From an uncultured Gemmatimonadota bacterium (lineage in GTDB: Bacteria > JAAXHH01), in the NCBI GenBank assembly GCA_951812955.1, contig OX638340.1, positions 2,848,001 to 2,912,000 of the forward strand: a DNA stretch of 64,000 bases, written 5' to 3'. Of this stretch, positions 19,551-27,193 are shown in pieces (the stretch's first letter is position 1; each line of letters opens with the position of its first letter). The notes below the pieces were generated by a model. The model had not been told where the DNA came from and did not search any database. It saw only the letters and a program-made list of their open reading frames with translations. Made by a program: the position numbers and the translations under genes.

Positions 19551-20801
19551 ATGCTGACGGGTGACCTCCTCCGCGTCCGTTTTCGTAAGGGCCGGATCCA
19601 TCTTCCCTATATCGATGATCAGGATCCCGATCACCTCGGGATCGCCGAAACGCTGATCCGGATTTTCGAAAACCACGAGGGCGGAACCCGCCAGGAACTG
19701 GATGAAGAGCTGGCGGATACGACCGGCAGCGGGACGGAATTCCTGTTTCATCGCGGACTGGCCAAGTTGCTGCGGGACCGCTGTACGTTCGAGTCGGCGT
19801 CACCCGTCGACCCTGCGGATCTTCGAAGGCGGATCTTCGCGGCCGCTGCCGCGGCATACAGCACGGATCAGGTCCGCATCGACCGGGAGGCCATTCTGGC
19901 CGCGGCGGGTGCGCCGGACGCCCTGGATGTCACGCAGGTGGAAGGAACTTTCTACGCCGATCTGAAGGAAGCCGAACGGCTCAAGTCATTCAAGCCCTGT
20001 ACGCCCGGATGGCTCTTGAGCAGGTACAACGTCGCCCTGGCCCAGGCCGCCCTGCTGCGGGCATCCGGAATGGATATGCTCGTGGAAGGAGAAAGTCCGG
20101 CCCGTTATCGTGAACTCTTCCGCAAGATGAAGTTCTTCCGCCTGCTCCACGAAATCCGGCAGACCGGTCCGGGGAAATACCACGTTCACGTTGACGGTCC
20201 CATGTCGCTCTTCAAGTCATCCCAACGCTACGGACTGCAGATCGCCCAGTTTCTCCCTTCCGTGCTGCACTGCCAAACCTGGCAAATCACGGCTTCTATT
20301 GTCTGGGGCGCCGCGCGCCGTGAAGGTGTATTGAAATTGACGCCTGAAACGGGGTTGAAACCGGTAGGCCCTTCTACGGGACAGTGGATACCCGAAGAGG
20401 TGGCCTGGCTCGAAGACCGGTTTAACCGGCTTAAAACGGATTGGCGCATTTCGGCCGGGACGGACGTCATCGACCTGGGCGGCCAGGGTGTACTGGCTCC
20501 CGAGTATATCCTCACCCATCTACCCACCGGGATGAGCGTATACCTGGAATTCCTCGGATACTGGCGCTCCGAAGGTGTGAGGACGCGCCTGGAACTGCTG
20601 GGCAGATACGGCCCTCCGAACATGATCCTGGCGATTTCCGCGGAACTGGGCGTGGATGAAGAAGCATCGACGGATATTCCCGGCGAGGTCTATGCGTACC
20701 GACGGACACCCGTCGCCCGCGACATCCTGAAAATCCTGGAAAACATGGTTAAAACCCATCCAGGCGCATCGGCGGGAACCCTGGATTTGTTCGACCCCTA
20801 G
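19551..20801 (+). CDS. DUF790-family protein (Bax1-like nuclease partner of XPB)
   Basis: 416 aa, translationally coupled (3-bp gap) to the XPB-like helicase, with AGGGAGG upstream. Size and position match the DUF790/Bax1 proteins encoded beside XPB in archaea and actinobacteria. The family assignment rests on recall of that family and its gene context, not on a verified motif. Confidence 0.6.
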   Translation: MLTGDLLRVRFRKGRIHLPYIDDQDPDHLGIAETLIRIFENHEGGTRQELDEELADTTGSGTEFLFHRGLAKLLRDRCTFESASPVDPADLRRRIFAAAAAAYSTDQVRIDREAILAAAGAPDALDVTQVEGTFYADLKEAERLKSFKPCTPGWLLSRYNVALAQAALLRASGMDMLVEGESPARYRELFRKMKFFRLLHEIRQTGPGKYHVHVDGPMSLFKSSQRYGLQIAQFLPSVLHCQTWQITASIVWGAARREGVLKLTPETGLKPVGPSTGQWIPEEVAWLEDRFNRLKTDWRISAGTDVIDLGGQGVLAPEYILTHLPTGMSVYLEFLGYWRSEGVRTRLELLGRYGPPNMILAISAELGVDEEASTDIPGEVYAYRRTPVARDILKILENMVKTHPGASAGTLDLFDP

Positions 20802-20846
20802 GCGGGCATAAATGGGTTGATTTGTCCGTCCGGCGCGTTTAAGGTT

Positions 20847-23576
20847 ATGGCCATGTCGTCCCATCCCTCCATTTCCGTTTCGTCACCCTGGATTACCCGT
20901 GGTTTCGAGGCGTTCCGCCAGGGAACCTTCGGCAATGGCGGCCAGAATCTCTACGTGTCCCGAGCTGGTGTCCTGCAGCGCATACACCAGTTCGACCTGG
21001 ACCGCGACGGCCACGTCGACCTCGTCTTCTGCAACAGTCAGAACCACGGTGAAAAGCCTCCGGTAACCGTGTACCATGACGTACTCGGCCAGACCGCTTC
21101 CAGGTCCCTTCCATCCGACGGCGGAAGAACCGGAGTCGTCGCCGATCTGAACGGGGACGGATACGACGACCTGGTCGTCGGCATGTTCTACAACGGGATC
21201 CGGCGGGACCTCAACGCGTATCTGTACTACGGCGGTCCGGACGGGTTCGGCGAGCGGCGCGTGCAGTACCTGCCTGTTCCTTTTTGTACTTCGGTTGCCG
21301 CCGGGGATTTCGACGGGGACGGGCTGCCGGACCTGGCCTTCGTTTCCGACGGCGGCGTGCGGCTTTTCCTCCAGACTTCGTTGGGATTCGAGCCTAAAAG
21401 ATACCGGGATCTCGACATAGCGGCCAACCAGGTCGCGTCCGACGACCTGGACGGCGATGGTTACGCGGACCTGGTCGTGCGTGCCGCGGAGGGATTGGTC
21501 AGTATATACTGGGGTGGTCCGGACGGGTTAGACCCGGACAGATCGTCTCAGATACCCATCGATGCCGACCCGTCGGAAGAACCGGATTCAGGCCATGACG
21601 GTTATCCCGAGGATGTCGATCCCGCCGTTCCGCTGGTATCCGTTGTCAGAATCCACGACATCCCCCACGTATTCGTCGCCCGAGCCGCTGCGGCATGCCT
21701 GGCGCCATTCGATAACAGCCGGGAACCCGGTCCACCGCTACGCCTGCCTTGCCGCAATGCGCTTGCCGTTGCCGCGGGCGACCTGGACGGGAACGGTCGG
21801 ACCGACCTGGTCGTGGCCTGCCGGGACCGGCACAATGGGGCGGAGTGTTCGTGGGTGTACCGCGGAACGGTGGACGGTTTCAACGACGCGCACCGTACCG
21901 CGATTCCGAGTCTATTCGCCTGTGACGCGGCCCTGGACGACCTGGACGGGGACGGTCGGGATGAAATCGTTATCTGCCAGACCCACACGCCGGAAAGCTA
22001 TACGTCGGAATCCCGCGTGTACTGCTGGACGGGGGAGGGATTGTCGGCGCCACGGGCCCTGGAGACCCACGACGCCCGGCGGGTACTGATGGCGCGAGCC
22101 CCGGACGATCCCAGGCCGCGGGCCGTCTTCATCAACCAGTTCAGCAGAAACCTCATGGGGGATATCCCCGTTTACATCTATCACGGCAGTCCGGATGGCT
22201 TTTCAGAGGGAAACCGGCAGGAAGTCGCGGGCTGGGGGTCGGTCGAAGCGCTCCGCTGCGACGTGAACGACGACGGGCTGCCGGACTTGATCCTGGCCAA
22301 CGCGTCCGAGAACTCGGTGCGGCAAGATCCCGGATCCTACGTGTACTTCAATCGTGCCTGTACTTTCGGGAGCGGACCCAACCTGCGCCTGCCCACCGTC
22401 CGCGCCCACGGGGTGTGTTGTGCGGATCTTGACCGGGACGGGTATCTCGATCTCGTCTTCTGTGGATTCGACAATCCGGACATCGTGATATTCTATGGAA
22501 GCCAAGACGGGTTCGACACCGAAAACACTGAGCGAATCCGGCTCGAATACGAGGGCGTCGTCTACAAGGACCCTCGATGGATATTCCTTGTAGACCTGAA
22601 TGGCGACGGCTGGCTCGACCTGGTCGTGCCGCAGATCGCGGACGATTACAGCTTCATCCTCTGGGGCGGACAGGAAGGGTTCAGTATGGACCGATGCCAG
22701 GCGCTTTCTGTCTGGCACGGCGCGTGCGCCCGGGCGGCGGACCTTAGCGGGAACGGGTATCCCGACCTGGTCATCGGCGGCCACGAACCTTCCCACGGGG
22801 CCCCCCACGATTCCTTCGTGCACATCTACTGGAACGGTCCGGACGGCCTGCGCGAGGACCGTCGCACCCTGTTGCCCGGCAACGCGGTAAATGCCATGTC
22901 GATCATGGATTTCAACGGGGACGGGTTGCTCGATCTCTTCATCTGCTCCTACCACGACAACCGGGTACGGGACATCGATTCCTTCATTTACTGGAACCGG
23001 CCCGATCTCGGTTTTTCTACCGACGATCGCACCCGGCTGTTCACCCATTCCGCGTCGGGTTGTATGGCCGCCGACTTCGACGGCGACGGTTATGTCGACC
23101 TCGCCATCGCCTATCACAAGGTTGAAGGCGACCACGTAGGCTTCTCCGCCGTCTGGTGGAACGGCTCGGACGGGTTCGACTCTCGACGGGTGACCCGCTT
23201 GCCCACGAACGGCCCCCACGGCATGACCGCCGTACAGCCTGGAAACATGCTGGACGCGGGTCCCGAAGAATACTACGTCTCCGCGCCGCACGAGATGCCC
23301 CATGGCCAGTCCGTCACCGCCATCGCCTGGGAAGCGGAATACGGACCCGGGACCTGGGTGCGCGTCCAGATCAGGCGGGCGGATACGGCGGAGGCGCTGA
23401 ACTGCGCCACCTGGCAGGGATCGTCCGGAGATGATTCCTGGTACAGGCGGCCTGGCCCGGTGTCGTTGCCGGGTGAAGACACCGGGGCCCGGTGGATACA
23501 GTACCGCCTCGCGCTGGGTGCGGAAAACGGAGGCAGTACGCCCAGGGTAACAGAAGTCCGGATCGAAACAGATTGA
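20847..23576 (+). CDS. large FG-GAP/VCBS repeat beta-propeller protein (integrin-alpha-like)
   Basis: At least 12 repeats of the D-x-D/N-G-D-G-x-x-DL motif spread across about 910 aa. No N-terminal signal peptide is evident. The start is ambiguous (ATG at 20817, 20847 or 20853). Confidence 0.75.
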   Translation: MAMSSHPSISVSSPWITRGFEAFRQGTFGNGGQNLYVSRAGVLQRIHQFDLDRDGHVDLVFCNSQNHGEKPPVTVYHDVLGQTASRSLPSDGGRTGVVADLNGDGYDDLVVGMFYNGIRRDLNAYLYYGGPDGFGERRVQYLPVPFCTSVAAGDFDGDGLPDLAFVSDGGVRLFLQTSLGFEPKRYRDLDIAANQVASDDLDGDGYADLVVRAAEGLVSIYWGGPDGLDPDRSSQIPIDADPSEEPDSGHDGYPEDVDPAVPLVSVVRIHDIPHVFVARAAAACLAPFDNSREPGPPLRLPCRNALAVAAGDLDGNGRTDLVVACRDRHNGAECSWVYRGTVDGFNDAHRTAIPSLFACDAALDDLDGDGRDEIVICQTHTPESYTSESRVYCWTGEGLSAPRALETHDARRVLMARAPDDPRPRAVFINQFSRNLMGDIPVYIYHGSPDGFSEGNRQEVAGWGSVEALRCDVNDDGLPDLILANASENSVRQDPGSYVYFNRACTFGSGPNLRLPTVRAHGVCCADLDRDGYLDLVFCGFDNPDIVIFYGSQDGFDTENTERIRLEYEGVVYKDPRWIFLVDLNGDGWLDLVVPQIADDYSFILWGGQEGFSMDRCQALSVWHGACARAADLSGNGYPDLVIGGHEPSHGAPHDSFVHIYWNGPDGLREDRRTLLPGNAVNAMSIMDFNGDGLLDLFICSYHDNRVRDIDSFIYWNRPDLGFSTDDRTRLFTHSASGCMAADFDGDGYVDLAIAYHKVEGDHVGFSAVWWNGSDGFDSRRVTRLPTNGPHGMTAVQPGNMLDAGPEEYYVSAPHEMPHGQSVTAIAWEAEYGPGTWVRVQIRRADTAEALNCATWQGSSGDDSWYRRPGPVSLPGEDTGARWIQYRLALGAENGGSTPRVTEVRIETD

Positions 23577-23618
23577 CGGATTGGCAGTCTGTATTGCGGC
23601 CGGAAGGGAAAGTGACAG

Positions 23619-24479
23619 ATGCGCGCAGAACAGGTCGTCCTCGACTCATTGCGCCAGTGGGCGGAAGAGCATGACAACATCCGCGGCATGGTCCTGACGA
23701 GTTCCCGGGTCAACGAAGACGCGGTCCTGGACCTGATGTCGGACTACGACGTGGAGGTCTATGTGACCGACCAGCAGTGTTTCGCGGGGGGCGATGAATG
23801 GCTGGAGGCATTCGGCCCCGTGTTAATACGTTGGCCTGCGTGCCCTGCCTGGGACGAGGAGGGCGGGTTGTATCGCCTTGTGATCTATGAAGACGGCGTA
23901 CGGATCGACTGGGGAGTAAAAAAGGTTGAGCAAATGAAAAGGTTCAATGGTCCTTCCCAACCCTACAGAGTGCTGGTGGACAAGGACCGGCGCGTCGAAA
24001 ACCCGCTCCAGACGAGTTATGCCGGTTTCAACATCACCCGGCCTTCGAAGACAGAATTCGATTCGATGATGCATGACTTCTGGTGGGACCTCACCTACGT
24101 GGCGAAAAGTCTCTGGCGCGACGAAATTTACTGGGCGAAGTACATGTATGGCAGACGGCACTTCAAGGAGCTCGAAAAGGTCATCGAATGGTACATCGGC
24201 ATGCATCACGAATGGTCTGTCAACACCAACAAGCACGGCCGGTGGTTCAAGCGGTACCTGGACGAAGATACGCTGGAAGAAATCGATTCCACCTTTGCGG
24301 GCGCGGATATCAAGGAAAACTGGACCGCGCTGTTCAACATGACCCGGCTGTTCAGGCGGCTTTCCGTCGCGGTCGCAGATGAACTGGGTTTCGATTACCC
24401 CCATGATTCCGACCGGCGCGTTACGGCGTACATGGACAAGATCAGGCGCCTGGACCGGGACGCGGAGGATTTCGTATGA
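23619..24479 (+). CDS. aminoglycoside 6-nucleotidyltransferase ANT(6)/AadK-family protein
   Basis: 286 aa, collinear with ANT(6): LTSSRVNEDAVLDLMSDYDVEVYV and FWWDLTYVAKSLWRDEIYWAKYMYG match conserved ANT(6) blocks. Confidence 0.7.
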   Translation: MRAEQVVLDSLRQWAEEHDNIRGMVLTSSRVNEDAVLDLMSDYDVEVYVTDQQCFAGGDEWLEAFGPVLIRWPACPAWDEEGGLYRLVIYEDGVRIDWGVKKVEQMKRFNGPSQPYRVLVDKDRRVENPLQTSYAGFNITRPSKTEFDSMMHDFWWDLTYVAKSLWRDEIYWAKYMYGRRHFKELEKVIEWYIGMHHEWSVNTNKHGRWFKRYLDEDTLEEIDSTFAGADIKENWTALFNMTRLFRRLSVAVADELGFDYPHDSDRRVTAYMDKIRRLDRDAEDFV

Positions 24480-24614
24480 AGACTGGTGTAATTTTTTATA
24501 GCGGTTATTCGAACTGACATATTGTACAATTGTACAATAGGCAAGCACGAGCAGGTAAGCTGGTTCTGTTAGACTATTCACCATTTCAGGGTACATAATA
24601 TCGGAGAACCCAAG

Positions 24615-26153
24615 ATGAGGGCACTGCTCGAGAAACTGAATATCGAGGCACTGAACGCCGGGGCCTGCACGGGGATGGACGGCTGGATTCATGGCGAGGG
24701 GCCGATTCTGACGTCATACAACCCGACGACCGACGAACCGATCGCGGGCGTGCGGCAGGCGACACCCGAGGTTTACGACCGGGTAATCGAACACGCCCGC
24801 GGGACCTTCGAGGACTGGCGGATGATACCCGCTCCCAAGCGGGGCGACATGGTACGGGACCTGGGCAATATACTGCGGGCGTACAAGGAACCGCTGGGTG
24901 AACTCGTTGCCCTGGAAATGGGAAAGATCCGCGTGGAAGGCATGGGGGAAGTCCAGGAGATGATCGACATCTGCGATTTTGCCGTCGGCCTTTCGCGCCA
25001 GTTGTATGGACTGACCATCGCGAGCGAACGGCCCAGTCACCGCATGAGCGAGCAGTGGCACCCGCTGGGGGTGGTCGGCATCATTTCCGCCTTCAACTTT
25101 CCGGTCGCGGTCTGGTCGTGGAACGCTTCCCTGGCCTCGGTGTGCGGCGACGTCACCGTGTGGAAGCCCAGCGGGCAGACGCCCCTTACGGCCGTAGCCA
25201 CGCAGCACCTGTGCAACCGGGTCATGGCGGACCACGGCGTGGACGGCGTGTTCAACCTGGCCATCGGGCGCGGCAGCGACGTGGGCAATCTCATGATCGA
25301 CGACGAACGGATCCCCATCGTTTCCTTCACGGGTTCTACCGCCACCGGCAAGACTGTGGCCTCGCGGGTCGCGTCCCGTTTCGGCAAAACGATTCTGGAG
25401 CTGGGCGGCAACAACGCGATCATCGTAACCGAGAACGCCGACCTGGAACTGGCTGTGCCCAGCATCGTGTTCGGCGCCGTGGGGACGGCCGGACAGCGGT
25501 GCACGTCCACGCGGCGTATTATCGGGCACAGGAGCCTGACGTCAACCCTGATCGATCAGCTGGCCCGCGCATACGCACAGGTTCCAATGGGAGATCCTGT
25601 CGATGACACTACCCTCATGGGACCGCTGGTCACGGCCGACGCGGTGGACGACATGATGCAGGCCATCGAGCAGGCGAAATCCGAGGGCGGCGAGGTGATA
25701 ACCGGTGGCAACCGTCGTCCGGACCTGGGCTCCAATTTCGTCGAGCCGACGATCATCCGCATGCCAGCACAGACGGATATCGTGAAGCAGGAGACTTTCG
25801 CACCGATACTCTATATCCTTGAGTATGATACCATGGACGAGGCCCTTATCCTGCATAACGACGTGCCCCAGGGCCTGTCGAGCGCAATCTTTACCGACAG
25901 CCTGCGCCAGGCGGAACGCTTTCTCTCCGCCGGGGGATCGGATTGCGGCATCGCGAACGTGAATATCGGCACTTCGGGCGCCGAGATCGGCGGGGCCTTC
26001 GGCGGCGAAAAGGAAACGGGAGGCGGGCGCGAGTCGGGTTCGGACGCGTGGAGAGCCTACATGCGCCGCCAGACCAATACCGTCAACTGGTCGACCGATC
26101 TCCCGCTGGCCCAGGGGATCGAGTTCGGCGCCGGTGAATCGGACGATGACTGA
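24615..26153 (+). CDS. ALDH7-family aldehyde dehydrogenase (alpha-aminoadipic semialdehyde / piperideine-6-carboxylate dehydrogenase-like)
   Basis: 512 aa with an ALDH fold and ILELGGNNAIIV (the ALDH7 variant of the ELGGK motif), a catalytic Cys region (GQRCTSTRR) and about 510 aa of ALDH7 collinearity. Confidence 0.9.
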   Translation: MRALLEKLNIEALNAGACTGMDGWIHGEGPILTSYNPTTDEPIAGVRQATPEVYDRVIEHARGTFEDWRMIPAPKRGDMVRDLGNILRAYKEPLGELVALEMGKIRVEGMGEVQEMIDICDFAVGLSRQLYGLTIASERPSHRMSEQWHPLGVVGIISAFNFPVAVWSWNASLASVCGDVTVWKPSGQTPLTAVATQHLCNRVMADHGVDGVFNLAIGRGSDVGNLMIDDERIPIVSFTGSTATGKTVASRVASRFGKTILELGGNNAIIVTENADLELAVPSIVFGAVGTAGQRCTSTRRIIGHRSLTSTLIDQLARAYAQVPMGDPVDDTTLMGPLVTADAVDDMMQAIEQAKSEGGEVITGGNRRPDLGSNFVEPTIIRMPAQTDIVKQETFAPILYILEYDTMDEALILHNDVPQGLSSAIFTDSLRQAERFLSAGGSDCGIANVNIGTSGAEIGGAFGGEKETGGGRESGSDAWRAYMRRQTNTVNWSTDLPLAQGIEFGAGESDDD

Positions 26154-26223
26154 CCGGAAAAAACCTTACAGCGTTTCACGAGTCAACAAGAGGAACGGAA
26201 ACCGACCATAGGGGGGACAACCT

Positions 26224-27093
26224 ATGTCATCCAACGGGGCGTTTATCATAGACAAGAACCTGGGCGCGCGCCTGGACGAGACCCAGGCGGATCTGCCGAA
26301 GGCCAATTCCGATGGCGAAGCGGTCGTCCCGCCGACGGATGAACAGAAATACCTGTTCGACAAGGACGGCTGGCTCCTGTTGCCCGGGGTGCTGTCCGAG
26401 GCCGAATGCGTGGAGATGCGGGCGTTCTGCCTGCAGTTGCACCATGATCCGGAGTCCATCCCCGAACCCGAGCGTTCTGTCCTCGGCGGACCATTACAGC
26501 GCCTGACGGACCACCCATTGGTGGTGGGTTTCATGAACGAATTTCTGGCCTACCCCGGCCTGTCCAGCCAGATTTGCTACGGTTTCCGTCAGGAATCTGC
26601 CAGTTTATTCTACCGGGAATCCGGTGACGGCGCCTTCGGCCCTCATAACGGCAACGGCATGCTGCGTTTCCCGGGCGACTCCCATCTCTACCGCTGTATT
26701 CCTGGCAAGGCCAACTCCGCGCTGACAAGGGTGGTCTGGGAACTGAACCCGGTCACGGAGGGGAACGGAACGCTGCTGGTATCCGGAAGCCACAAGGCCG
26801 TCTTCCCCGCGCCGCCGTCCATACAATCGCCGGACTCGCCGATCTGGAACACCTATACCTGTCCGCCAGGATCGTTGATATTCTTCACCGAGGCCCTCAC
26901 CCACAGCGGCAGGCCCTGGATCGACGAGGAGCATCCGCGGATCGCCGTCTTCAGTTGCTACAACTCTGTCAACAGCAAGTGGCACAACTGGGACCCGCAC
27001 CCCGAGCTTCTTGCTTCCATGCCGCCCCTCAGACAGACCCTCTACCGTCCGGTTCACGTGGCTGGCAACCTGGTGGGTGGCGAGGTACACTGA
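26224..27093 (+). CDS. PhyH-family Fe(II)/2OG oxygenase with an H-x-G variant of the first iron-binding motif
   Basis: FDKDGWLLLPGVL start, GPHNGNG where paralogs in this window have WHQD, and VSGSHKAVFP as the second His motif. Confidence 0.75.
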   Translation: MSSNGAFIIDKNLGARLDETQADLPKANSDGEAVVPPTDEQKYLFDKDGWLLLPGVLSEAECVEMRAFCLQLHHDPESIPEPERSVLGGPLQRLTDHPLVVGFMNEFLAYPGLSSQICYGFRQESASLFYRESGDGAFGPHNGNGMLRFPGDSHLYRCIPGKANSALTRVVWELNPVTEGNGTLLVSGSHKAVFPAPPSIQSPDSPIWNTYTCPPGSLIFFTEALTHSGRPWIDEEHPRIAVFSCYNSVNSKWHNWDPHPELLASMPPLRQTLYRPVHVAGNLVGGEVH

Positions 27094-27193
27094 GCGTGGT
27101 TTCGATCAGGGTGCCGGGGAACTGGGATTGCCGATCAAACAGGGATTGCCGATCGAACATGGGAGGCCCTGAAGAAAGGGAAGGCCGGCGTAT

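Noticed and set aside
22203-23303. 366-aa minus-strand ORF inside the FG-GAP gene
   Set aside because: Shadow frame. The plus strand encodes regular FG-GAP repeats; the minus-strand product is low-complexity.
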